Below are positions 9,063 to 18,268 of a stretch of DNA of 64,000 bases, piece by piece (position 1 is the first letter of the stretch; each line of letters starts with the position of its first letter). Origin of the DNA: a virus. The position numbers and the translations under genes are program-made. Below the pieces are notes generated by a model that worked only from the letters and a program-made list of their open reading frames with translations, ran no database searches and had not been told where the DNA came from. The stretch covers positions 20,064 to 84,063 of IMG/VR virus record IMGVR_UViG_3300017755_003154; one strand, 5' to 3'.

Positions 9063-12000
9063 TTTTCATATACCTTGTATACTGACCTAAATCAAGTTCG
9101 CCTTCATATAATACTTTTTGCATTGGCGTACTTGAACTAAATTCTTTTAAGTTATTTGAACAGTTCACATGTTCTTTAATTGCAAAGTAATTGTTACTTT
9201 GTAATATAATTAATCTGCTTTCTGGTAGCAGGTTATACCAATCTTTGAAATTATCAATATGTTCACAACTTGTATTAACAATAGTGTGTGGCATATCAGT
9301 CAACGGTATTATTGCACCGTCTAATTTTTCTGTGTTATAGTTGTGTTCAATATAATCAATATGCATAATATCTTGTGTACTTGCTTTAAACTGCCAACCT
9401 TCATTAACTAGATCAGCATTAAACGTTTCTGCAATTTTCCATGCTTCGGGATCAATATCAAAACTACGAATTTTTTCGAAGTCTAATTTTGCTTCTTGCA
9501 TTAATGGCACAATACTAGCATACCAACCTGCACATAAAAATATAGTACCTAATGGTAAATTTAATTTTGTAAGTTCGTCAACCAGCCATTTTTTACTTTT
9601 TAATTGTCCACGGCTCATTACATCTTTGTCATATTCTATTTTGTGCTTGTCTAATATTTCTAATGGTTTTACAAATGCACTTCCTGTATGCTTATCGAGT
9701 ACACGCCACAATGCATGTCTATTATTATCCATAGTTAAATTAACTTCATCAGTTACACTTGGCTCAATACGTTTGACACTCCACATATTTTTATAGAAGC
9801 CTGCCTTTTTAATATCTTCAACAATATTATCTTTATCTTCAATTAGTCTAAACAAACTCATTTCATTTGATTCAACTAGTGCTTTTCGTAAATCATCTGT
9901 TGTATCGCTTTCGTTTATCAATCTAAATAAACTATGTACATTTTTTTCTGTAACTGCTTTACGCAAGTCTTCGTATTCGTCACCTAGTAATCTAAATAAA
10001 CCATGGAAGTTTTTTTCTAATGTTGCTTTGCGTAAATCTTCATAGTCATTGCCTAGTATTCTAAACAGACCGTGTAAATTCTTGTCAATCATTGCTGTAC
10101 GTAAATTATCATGGCTTGGTCCTAACAGTCTGAACAAACTATGCAAGTTATCTTCTGTTACTACTTTACGTAGTTCTTCGTGTTCGTCACCTAACAATCT
10201 AAATAGACTGTGCAAGTTTTCTTCTACCACAGTTTTACGTAGATCTTCGTGTTCATCACCAACAAGTCTAAATAGACTATGCACATTATCTTCAGTTACT
10301 GCTTTTCGTAACTCCTCGTGATCTTCGCCTAGTAATCTAAACAAACTATGTACATTTTTTTCAATATACATTTTTCTAATATCTTCGATATCTTCAATAC
10401 CTTTATTTTCTAAATATCTAAATAAACTGTGATAGTTTCTTTCTTCAACAAATTTACGTAAATCTTCATCTCCAATTATTTTAAGTATGTCTAACATATG
10501 TCCATCGTTATAAAAACGTCTAATATTAGTTACTTTATCACCGTATAATATTTCAAATCTATCTAATAAGTCTACAATAAATGTGTCTCTGGGCGGTAAT
10601 GGTTCATCTTCTTTATATGGAACAGTTTGTTTCCATCCAGTATCTTCTTGTATTTCAACAGGTGCAATATCAACTGGCTTTGTTGTAACTGTGTCAGCAT
10701 CTCTATATAGTTTTTGCCACTCTTCTGTAGTATCAGTAGTTTCTGTAAACTGTTCGTATAGCCAATTAAAATCATTTATTAGCCGAAGGTCAGCCCCGCT
10801 AGAAAGGCCAAACTCCATACCAGCGGTAGCGCCTGCCAAAGCATATTTCCCAAATGGTCTATCGTGTCCCACGGTTGTCCAAGTTTTAAGTCTTTCATTT
10901 GTTTCATTTTCCTTTTGTCTGTCGATTACTTTACTGCTTAATTTTGCACATTCTCTAAATGCACCACGCCAAGTACTGAACTCGCTTGAGTTGAATGCAG
11001 TTATGCAAGATATTCCTTCCATCTTCTTAAATCTATCACTAATACTTGTAGTCATGTCTGGACGACTTGTATCCATATCACGTGTCATTTGCGTAGGAAA
11101 CAATTTTACACCTCCATAGCCATACACTAAATCATTAATAGGATTTTGACTACGCCATACATGCACTGCTCTACTATCTTCTACTTCATAATCAAAATTA
11201 AAATCATCTGCTATAACAGCATCACCGTCTACAATCCAAAACATCTCAGTAGAACAAATATTTGCCGCGGCAATATGTGCTTGATGTATTCCTTTGACTC
11301 CGTGTATACGTTGGGCTCTCGGAAAACGTGTTTTTAACTTATCAAAGTTTTCATCTGCATTTGCTTCGTCATAAGATATCATTACAATATCATATTCTAC
11401 TTTTTTATTAGGAATAAAGTTTGACGAAAAAGTATTAAATTGTGTAGTAGTTGTGCGTATATAAGGATGTTCTGGTCTTGGTGGGTTGCGGTATGTGCTT
11501 TTAAAAAACTTGCTTTGTTGAGCATCTAAGGGCGTTACAGCAATAGGAATATCCAACTGTACTTTTAATCTTTCGCCGTAGTCTTGGCATGCTTCTAGTA
11601 AATCGCTTTCGTCTTGGACTTTTTCTTTCCATAATTTATTCAAGTATTCAAAATCACGAACATTAACATAGTCCCAATCAGTACACATTGTTTTATATAA
11701 GCCTTCTCTTGCTCCATGTATTGCCCAAAGACCGTTTTCTACATCTGCACCTGCCATAGTCCATATATACAAACGTTCTAGATTTTTCCAATGATTGCCA
11801 ATAAGTTCATTTTTTGCTGGTTTCATTCCTTCAATCAGCGACATCTTAACACCTTCACGGAAACCAGCACGCCATGCTTGATGTGGTGTAGCATTATTAT
11901 AGACTGTACTCATTAAACTATTAATTTGAATATATTCTAAATCCCAACAAAAGTCAATACCTGCCGCAATATTATCAGGATCTGCATTTTCGTGAGTTTT

Positions 12001-12381
12001 CATTTTTAAGACTGTTTCTCTATCCCAACATTTTATACCACCATTGCCATAACGCAATCCGTTGATAATATTATCAGCAGTCCAACTAACTACGTGTCTA
12101 GACAGATCCACACCATCTTGAAAATTAATTGTTTGATTTAAAAACTGTTCATCTATTTGATTGTCTCCGTCAATAGTAATAAAACGTTTTGTTTCTGCTA
12201 TGTTTGCACACGCTTTATGAGAAGCATCTGATCCTTCTACTCCGTGTATGCGTTTTGCCCAAGGGGCTTTGGTCAGTAAATCTGCATAATTTTCTTCAGC
12301 ATTTGGCTCGTCATACGACAAGTATATAATGTCGTAGTCTAGAACTTTAAATTGTTTCATCAAAAAATCCGTATGTATCAA
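9049..12381 (-). CDS. Multidomain protein: two tandem GT-A-like glycosyltransferase domains, 23-aa helical repeats and a C-terminal class I methyltransferase-like domain (likely start ATG 12360)
   Basis: Duplicated YD(I)xxxSYDExNAxEN..RIHGVxG..(I/V)DGD..NxINxLxYGxGG(I/V)K..WRxxFRExxK units; repeat array; C-terminal IFLCAGWY..IRSFDID..VNTSCEH. Confidence 0.75.
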   Translation of the reverse strand: MIHTDFLMKQFKVLDYDIIYLSYDEPNAEENYADLLTKAPWAKRIHGVEGSDASHKACANIAETKRFITIDGDNQIDEQFLNQTINFQDGVDLSRHVVSWTADNIINGLRYGNGGIKCWDRETVLKMKTHENADPDNIAAGIDFCWDLEYIQINSLMSTVYNNATPHQAWRAGFREGVKMSLIEGMKPAKNELIGNHWKNLERLYIWTMAGADVENGLWAIHGAREGLYKTMCTDWDYVNVRDFEYLNKLWKEKVQDESDLLEACQDYGERLKVQLDIPIAVTPLDAQQSKFFKSTYRNPPRPEHPYIRTTTTQFNTFSSNFIPNKKVEYDIVMISYDEANADENFDKLKTRFPRAQRIHGVKGIHQAHIAAANICSTEMFWIVDGDAVIADDFNFDYEVEDSRAVHVWRSQNPINDLVYGYGGVKLFPTQMTRDMDTSRPDMTTSISDRFKKMEGISCITAFNSSEFSTWRGAFRECAKLSSKVIDRQKENETNERLKTWTTVGHDRPFGKYALAGATAGMEFGLSSGADLRLINDFNWLYEQFTETTDTTEEWQKLYRDADTVTTKPVDIAPVEIQEDTGWKQTVPYKEDEPLPPRDTFIVDLLDRFEILYGDKVTNIRRFYNDGHMLDILKIIGDEDLRKFVEERNYHSLFRYLENKGIEDIEDIRKMYIEKNVHSLFRLLGEDHEELRKAVTEDNVHSLFRLVGDEHEDLRKTVVEENLHSLFRLLGDEHEELRKVVTEDNLHSLFRLLGPSHDNLRTAMIDKNLHGLFRILGNDYEDLRKATLEKNFHGLFRLLGDEYEDLRKAVTEKNVHSLFRLINESDTTDDLRKALVESNEMSLFRLIEDKDNIVEDIKKAGFYKNMWSVKRIEPSVTDEVNLTMDNNRHALWRVLDKHTGSAFVKPLEILDKHKIEYDKDVMSRGQLKSKKWLVDELTKLNLPLGTIFLCAGWYASIVPLMQEAKLDFEKIRSFDIDPEAWKIAETFNADLVNEGWQFKASTQDIMHIDYIEHNYNTEKLDGAIIPLTDMPHTIVNTSCEHIDNFKDWYNLLPESRLIILQSNNYFAIKEHVNCSNNLKEFSSSTPMQKVLYEGELDLGQYTRYMKIGYK
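9835..10475 (-). repeat. Intragenic tandem repeat, about 69 bp (23 aa) per unit, about 9 degenerate copies
   Basis: Units such as HEELRKAVTEDNVHSLFRLVGDE, HEDLRKTVVEENLHSLFRLLGDE, YEDLRKATLEKNFHGLFRLLGDE. Boundaries are approximate. Confidence 0.9.
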
Positions 12382-12865
12382 AAATCTTTGGCGTATATAT
12401 ACTTACATCGCCACGCTCTTCTTCATAGTTAAAGTTGACTGTATACCCTTTAGTAATTTGTTCTACTGTTGCTGTAAATGTTCTAATTAATAAATGAGGA
12501 TCATTTGCTTTTGTAATACTAAATTTACATTGTTGTCTTGGATTTAACAGCATTTCTTTTTTAACATTTACAACTAATTCCCATTTGTCTGTACGTTTTA
12601 TAATACAATCTCCTATACTTTGTTTAGGTACATGATATATTACATCTTTAATATCATATGTAAATTTAGGTTTTTCATATGCTAGTATTACATATTTCTT
12701 CTGTGCAAGATCATACTTTACAACAAAATTATCTTTCTTGTCAGGATTAGACATAAAGTCAATATATTGGTCTTCATTTACTTCTAAACAAAATTCTGTT
12801 TCAGGAGTATAATTTTGTAAACCAGTAATTCTACTTGTATCTTTATCAAATATTAGCCAGTACAT
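12347..12865 (-). CDS. Hypothetical protein
   Basis: 172-aa ORF overlapping both neighbours. Confidence 0.75.
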   Translation of the reverse strand: MYWLIFDKDTSRITGLQNYTPETEFCLEVNEDQYIDFMSNPDKKDNFVVKYDLAQKKYVILAYEKPKFTYDIKDVIYHVPKQSIGDCIIKRTDKWELVVNVKKEMLLNPRQQCKFSITKANDPHLLIRTFTATVEQITKGYTVNFNYEEERGDVSIYTPKIFDTYGFFDETI

Positions 12866-13659
12866 TTTTCATACCTTGCTAAAATTTTATCACAAAAGTC
12901 TTTTTCAGTATAATGAAAAACGCCATGCTGTTTATGGTTTCCAATTTTAAGTCCGTCATTAAAATACCAATCTACTTTTTCTTGCCAATGCTCACTTGTA
13001 TCTACCCAATTTTGTGCATGTAACTTCATATGTACAAAGTCTATTAAGTCTACTTGTTGAAAGTTGTCATACTCCATAAGTTCTAATACAATGGCCGCAC
13101 ATACATCTATACTACAATGCTTTGGTTTAAATTCTTTACAAAATACATCATAAAAATCTTCCCAATCTTTAATCACAGTTTCTAATAATGCAAAGAATTG
13201 TGCTACACGTTTTGTTTTTTTAAAGTAATACAATCCTGCATACACATTAAATAAATAATTTTGTGAAAATACTTTTCTGTAATACGTGTCGTTGATAGGT
13301 TCTTGTCTGTAGGTAATTGGATTTTGTGTAAAATATAACTCTTCTTTTTCAAATTTTTTCCAATCAATTTTATCTAAAAATAATACATCACTATCAACTA
13401 CAATAGTTTCTTTATATGGACTAAGATTAAATGCTTTCCATCTATTTTCTATTTTCCATTCACTAGACTTTGCCTGATCGTGTTTTAAAACAATTACTTT
13501 ATCAAATATAAAGGCTGTTTTTTCATCAACTTCTTTATCAGTTACAAGAGTGAAATGTTTATTTCCACTATGCATACCGCTCAATGCACACAGATAGGCT
13601 TGTTTTACATAATCATCAGTTGTATTATTTTGTGCAAAGATTAAAATTCCTTTGGTCAT
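12853..13659 (-). CDS. GT8-like / nucleotide-diphospho-sugar glycosyltransferase
   Basis: KGILIFA..YVKQA; LSPYKETIVVDSDVLF (DxD motif); FVHMK; FHY. Confidence 0.75.
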   Translation of the reverse strand: MTKGILIFAQNNTTDDYVKQAYLCALSGMHSGNKHFTLVTDKEVDEKTAFIFDKVIVLKHDQAKSSEWKIENRWKAFNLSPYKETIVVDSDVLFLDKIDWKKFEKEELYFTQNPITYRQEPINDTYYRKVFSQNYLFNVYAGLYYFKKTKRVAQFFALLETVIKDWEDFYDVFCKEFKPKHCSIDVCAAIVLELMEYDNFQQVDLIDFVHMKLHAQNWVDTSEHWQEKVDWYFNDGLKIGNHKQHGVFHYTEKDFCDKILARYEKCTG

Positions 13660-14480
13660 AGTAATTCCTCTAAATTAAACTTATTCATTGCATGTACAGT
13701 CATGTTTTTTGTCTTAATTGGATTGTTGTCTATTATAAATGTAAGTTCATCGTCTTTTATACTATGTAACGTATCCTTGTCAATAGTATAATATAGTTTA
13801 CCTGGCATAGGACCAACAAAATTTGCTTTGCTATGGCCACTCATTATGTGTATACCAATACTAAACGCAAAATCATTACGATATGTTTGTTGTGTTATTT
13901 GATATAACATTCTATAATGCGTCCATTCTTCTTCTATATGCTGTAATAAATCAAAAAATATTTTATTTTGTTTACATTTTGTAAAATATACACAAGTTGC
14001 CCAATAAAAGTCTACACTTGCATCGCTTACTTTATCAAATTCTCTATAATCAATATGTTTTGATTCATTTGCTAAATGATATGCTTTCCTATACATTAAT
14101 AAAGGATTGTTTTGTGTAAAACAGTTTTTATAAGTATCATCACAAATAATAATATCACTATCAATCATTAAAGTTTGATCATATGGAGTTAATTCATAAC
14201 TTAACACCCTTGCATTGTTTTTAAATGTAAGGTGTTTTCCGTTATTACCATTATTGTATAATTTTTTTGTGTATCTTTGCGGAGTATTAAATTTTATTAC
14301 GTTATCAAATACTGAATTATCAATATCCATATCAGTAATTACACTTGTAGGCAAGTCAAGATGCTTCTTAGCACGTTTAGCAACATCTATTGCTTGCTTT
14401 ACGTAATCTATTTCTTCATTGTTAAATGCATGAACAATTATGCCTTTAGACATCAAGAATTCCCTGTACGGTACGTTCAC
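13656..14480 (-). CDS. GT8-like glycosyltransferase, paralog of 12853..13659 (likely start ATG 14453)
   Basis: MSKGIIVHA..DYVKQA; LTPYDQTLMIDSDIII (DxD motif); YRNDFAFSI; VHAMNK. Confidence 0.75.
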   Translation of the reverse strand: MNVPYREFLMSKGIIVHAFNNEEIDYVKQAIDVAKRAKKHLDLPTSVITDMDIDNSVFDNVIKFNTPQRYTKKLYNNGNNGKHLTFKNNARVLSYELTPYDQTLMIDSDIIICDDTYKNCFTQNNPLLMYRKAYHLANESKHIDYREFDKVSDASVDFYWATCVYFTKCKQNKIFFDLLQHIEEEWTHYRMLYQITQQTYRNDFAFSIGIHIMSGHSKANFVGPMPGKLYYTIDKDTLHSIKDDELTFIIDNNPIKTKNMTVHAMNKFNLEELL

Positions 14481-14781
14481 TTTTTATTAATTTTTGATAT
14501 TCTGTATGATAAGTTTTTAACGCAGTTGAATATGCTTCTACTAAAGCATCATAAAATTCACCTCTATTTTTTATTTCAATAGGAGTATTGTTATTATCTA
14601 CAAAAATACAACTGTTAATTGTCTTTAAACTTGCAATGTATTCTCTTGAAGCAGTAAATTGCCCGCCATCATAATAGATTGTAGATTGTTTGTCAAACTG
14701 GTTTAGTAGTACACGCTTTTGATTTTTAAATGTTGTAACATAATCTGCATGTTCAAGTGCTTTTTTTAGACGTTGATCCAT
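14446..14781 (-). CDS. Hypothetical protein, first gene of the modification operon
   Basis: 111-aa ORF with a GGAG RBS immediately upstream. Confidence 0.75.
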   Translation of the reverse strand: MDQRLKKALEHADYVTTFKNQKRVLLNQFDKQSTIYYDGGQFTASREYIASLKTINSCIFVDNNNTPIEIKNRGEFYDALVEAYSTALKTYHTEYQKLIKSERTVQGILDV

Positions 14782-14801
14782 AATTTCTCCATATAATTAC
14801 T

Positions 14802-14830
14802 ATTATACGGCAAAACTGCTAGAAAGTCAA
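14802..14830 (-). promoter_or_regulatory. Sigma70-type promoter for the GT/radical-SAM operon
   Basis: Minus strand: TTGACT (14830-14825), 17-nt spacer, TATAAT (14807-14802). Confidence 0.8.
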
Positions 14831-14833
14831 GTA

Positions 14834-15772
14834 TTAACTGCCAGAATAAGCAGATTGTAATGTGAAAGTAGGAACCGGAGTATTTACATAAACGCCACTT
14901 GCTCTAACAAAGCCTAACTCTGTTGTTAAAGTGCCTTGAACTAGTTCATCAACGTGTGCTGAACCTTTTCCTGTATCATCTCCAATATCTGCTTCGTTCT
15001 GATTTATACGAAATTCTATTACTGTAGTTGATACTTCTCTTCCTCTAATGTAATAGTTGTTATCTGCATAAACACCACTACCTGTTCTTCTAAAAAGTTG
15101 CTGTTCTGAAGAAGTTAATTGAAAATTACCGATTGCACTACCAGTACCAGTACCGCTTGCTGAAGTATAGTTATAACCAAAACTTACTGTGCCTGCATTT
15201 GACAACATAGTTGCCCAATCATTTGTTTTAGAAACATTTCCGCCACTTGCTGAACTAGACAAACTACTTACAAATGTAATAGTACCACCTGCATTAAAAA
15301 AATGTCTACGTGCATCTGCACTAGTAAAAGTTACTCTAAAATAAGCATTTAAATTTTGATTCCAATCTGATGAAAACGAAGATGATACTGAATTACTTCC
15401 TGATGTTGATTGTAATGGTGCTAGTCTAAATCTATTTGGTGATGATTCTAAAGTATTCATTGACTGTTCATAGTCAACAAATCCTTTTAATGTGCCATCT
15501 GGATCATCACTTGTCTCGTCAGCAATTAAATCTCCAATAGCAATAGTAGCAATAGTTCCAGCCGCTTGGTTAGTTTGGTGTCTATTAATTCTATCAATGT
15601 CTGTCTTTAACTGATTTACGTGGGTTGCAGTAACTATTTGGTCTACAGCGACTTGTCCACTTGCTGTAGTTTCACCATAGCCTTCAGTGCCAGAACCGAG
15701 GGCAAGAATATTCTCTACACGAGTCTGTAAAGCATTATATCTAGTTGCGGTAATTAGATCACCAACGGCCAT
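14834..15772 (-). CDS. Putative virion structural (tail/baseplate-associated) protein
   Basis: Ser/Thr/Gly-rich; paralog of 15816..16724 (MAVGDLITA.RYN; ARRHFFNAGG; GFVRASG). Confidence 0.7.
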   Translation of the reverse strand: MAVGDLITATRYNALQTRVENILALGSGTEGYGETTASGQVAVDQIVTATHVNQLKTDIDRINRHQTNQAAGTIATIAIGDLIADETSDDPDGTLKGFVDYEQSMNTLESSPNRFRLAPLQSTSGSNSVSSSFSSDWNQNLNAYFRVTFTSADARRHFFNAGGTITFVSSLSSSASGGNVSKTNDWATMLSNAGTVSFGYNYTSASGTGTGSAIGNFQLTSSEQQLFRRTGSGVYADNNYYIRGREVSTTVIEFRINQNEADIGDDTGKGSAHVDELVQGTLTTELGFVRASGVYVNTPVPTFTLQSAYSGS

Positions 15773-15815
15773 TTAAATCTCCTCTTACGGCAAATACCGT
15801 ATACTATTAATTATC

Positions 15816-16724
15816 CTAAAGACTATTTATGGCCGAAAATGCTGGTGCTGGGGTATCTACATTCGATCCACTTGCCCTTACAAATCCTATTTTGGCTTCT
15901 AAAAGTCCTTGAACTGGTTCATCAATTTTGTAGCCAGATACTGCGGCATCAAAAAATTCGTATTTTATATGTATAGTAGAACTAGTAGGCGCCTTAGCAT
16001 AAAGAATATAATTATTGTTGCCATATACTCCTGTTGCTGATTTTCTATATATTTCTTGGTATGATGTTGTTAAATCAAAATTACCAATACTTTGTACAAC
16101 TCCAGATCCTGAAGTTGTAGTTACATCATAGTTCATATTCACTGTGCCAGCGTTTCCAAGTATTGCGGCCCAGTCTTGACTTTTTGCAACACTATCACCA
16201 CTAGTTGGAGTTCCGCTCAAAGAACTTACAAATGTTAAAGAGCCTCCAGCATTAAAAAAATGCCTACGTGCATTACTATCTGCAAATGACACTTGAAACT
16301 CACATTCAATTGGTGCTGTCCATTGATTTCGTCTTTGAATTACTTCAGCATTATTAAGTGTACTACTTTGAGAGCCTGCTAATCTAAATCTATTGCTTGC
16401 CGTTTCAATAATACTGATAAAATCTTCATAGTCTTTGAAGCCTTCTTTAGTGTCTGCTCCGCTTGTATCTTCAGCAACAGTGTCACCTACTTCTACTTCT
16501 GCAATAGAATTTGGGTTACCACCTGTTTGATGAACAAAAATTTTCTTTAAATCTGTAAACATGGCGTTTACATGAGTTGCATCTATAATAACATTGCTTG
16601 ATACTTGTGAACTAGCGACAGTTTGTCCGTAACCTTCATTAGTTGATCCAACTCCAAGGATTGCTTCTACTCTTCCTTGTGCGTTGTTGTATCTTGCGGC
16701 TGTAATTAAATCGCCAACTGCCAT
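15816..16724 (-). CDS. Putative virion structural protein, paralog of 14834..15772
   Basis: Same motifs; TATAAATA late promoter upstream. Confidence 0.7.
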   Translation of the reverse strand: MAVGDLITAARYNNAQGRVEAILGVGSTNEGYGQTVASSQVSSNVIIDATHVNAMFTDLKKIFVHQTGGNPNSIAEVEVGDTVAEDTSGADTKEGFKDYEDFISIIETASNRFRLAGSQSSTLNNAEVIQRRNQWTAPIECEFQVSFADSNARRHFFNAGGSLTFVSSLSGTPTSGDSVAKSQDWAAILGNAGTVNMNYDVTTTSGSGVVQSIGNFDLTTSYQEIYRKSATGVYGNNNYILYAKAPTSSTIHIKYEFFDAAVSGYKIDEPVQGLLEAKIGFVRASGSNVDTPAPAFSAINSL

Positions 16725-16754
16725 AGCCTACTTCCTTTATATACGTGTTTTAAA

Positions 16755-16762
16755 TATTTATA
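16755..16762 (-). promoter_or_regulatory. T4-type late promoter TATAAATA
   Basis: Plus strand TATTTATA, overlapping the stop of the upstream gene and preceding 15816..16724. Confidence 0.7.
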
Positions 16763-18236
16763 CTTTTAAAACACACTCTATTAACTGCTCAGTATCAGAA
16801 GTACTAGACTCTAATGCTATGCCAACTAACCCATTACTTGCAATAGTTGAAGCACACCCGTCTTGCCATGCATAAACTGCTTGCCCTTTTGAAACTGGAC
16901 CTTTTACTCTTACAGGTACACGACCTTTGAGTGCAACTGCTTGACCGTCGGCCATGCTATTCATTAAGTATGCTGGGTTTTCTGATATAACACCAATTGC
17001 AAAATCACTCACTTTTGCTGGACGAACTTCTTTTTCTCCTCCAACTGCCATTACTGTACCAACTGGCTGATGCTCTGCTGTTTCATAATTTTCTGCTAAG
17101 TCAGCGTATTGTGCTTGTGTTGCTGTTCCTCTAAAAAAGTTTGCATGTAAATCACCTGAACTATCACGTAACGCAGTTGTGTTTGCAATAGCACTTGTGT
17201 CACCTGCATAATCTGAACTACTAAATTTAATTGCACTAGCACTTGTTGCATTACCGTTGAAGTTATCTGCCCAAACATTTGACCATTTAGCAATACTTGA
17301 TCCTAATGTATATGTGCTTGTTGAGCCTGGATTAATACCTGTTGACTGAATTACAACACTATTAGTTTGAACACTATTAGCATTACTTGTTTTAAATCTT
17401 ATAATGTTGTTTGTACCAACTTCATTAGCAATAACACCTTGGTTACCATTTTCAATATAAATGTGTAAGTCGTTTTGGTCACCTACAGTAATACCTGCAT
17501 CTGGAAACCTTACAATATCATCAAACGTTGTTGGTACGCCTGGTGTACTTTGTACAAAACTGCTAGGAAGTAATCCACCTAATCTTAATGCATTGCTCGA
17601 TGTTCCCCAATAATAATGATTAGTTGATGTTACACCGTTTGTTGCGTCTGTAGTATTAACTAATGTTAATCCTTTCTTGATAACATCATAACCTGTAATT
17701 GCATTTGTAGGATCTGTTGAATCAATTGTAAACTCTTGTCCACTGATAATATATATAATTTCATCTTCAATTGTTGCGGCAATTACACTGTGATTAACAT
17801 TTGCAGTATCACGCACTGTTTTACTTTGCATTTGCGTTAAACCTGTACCAGCGCCTTGCGGACCAACTAGTACAAAAGATGTTCCATTGTAAGTGTATAG
17901 TTGACTGTTACCTGAATCCCACCAAAAGTCACCTGCTGTTAAACCAAGTGGCTGTGTGGTTGAAACTTCTGCACCGCCAGTTGTTTTAAACTTTGAACCA
18001 TCGTAGAACTTAATTTTTCCGTTTGTTGAATCATGCCATATCTGTCCGCTAATTGGTTTAGGCGGTTGAGATGTTCCGCTAAAATTTTCTAACAAAAACA
18101 AAAAGTTTTCGTTCTGTATTTCGCCGTATCCGGCGTAGTTCTTACCAACAAACGTTAAGTCTGTTGTAACATCAACGGTACCATCTTGCACTACTACTAG
18201 TGTTGCGCCGCTGTATTTGTTAATTGTATAAGCCAT
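16758..18236 (-). CDS. Tail fibre protein with C-terminal intramolecular-chaperone-like (Peptidase_G2-type) domain
   Basis: Shared N-terminal fibre domain (VGKNYAGYGE..NENF..LLENF..P..GQIW); C-terminal AQYADLAENY..GVISENPAYLMN..VALKGRVPVRV. Confidence 0.7.
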   Translation of the reverse strand: MAYTINKYSGATLVVVQDGTVDVTTDLTFVGKNYAGYGEIQNENFLFLLENFSGTSQPPKPISGQIWHDSTNGKIKFYDGSKFKTTGGAEVSTTQPLGLTAGDFWWDSGNSQLYTYNGTSFVLVGPQGAGTGLTQMQSKTVRDTANVNHSVIAATIEDEIIYIISGQEFTIDSTDPTNAITGYDVIKKGLTLVNTTDATNGVTSTNHYYWGTSSNALRLGGLLPSSFVQSTPGVPTTFDDIVRFPDAGITVGDQNDLHIYIENGNQGVIANEVGTNNIIRFKTSNANSVQTNSVVIQSTGINPGSTSTYTLGSSIAKWSNVWADNFNGNATSASAIKFSSSDYAGDTSAIANTTALRDSSGDLHANFFRGTATQAQYADLAENYETAEHQPVGTVMAVGGEKEVRPAKVSDFAIGVISENPAYLMNSMADGQAVALKGRVPVRVKGPVSKGQAVYAWQDGCASTIASNGLVGIALESSTSDTEQLIECVLKV

Positions 18237-18260
18237 GTTTCAACCCTTTAATTATAACTA

Positions 18261-18268
18261 TATTTATC
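18261..18268 (-). promoter_or_regulatory. Late promoter-like GATAAATA
   Basis: In the short intergenic gap upstream of 16758..18236. Confidence 0.55.

Noticed and set aside
9835-10475. CRISPR-like or DGR-like repeat array
   Set aside because: The repeats are in-frame, codon-degenerate protein repeats without unique spacers; there is no cas or reverse transcriptase gene in the window.
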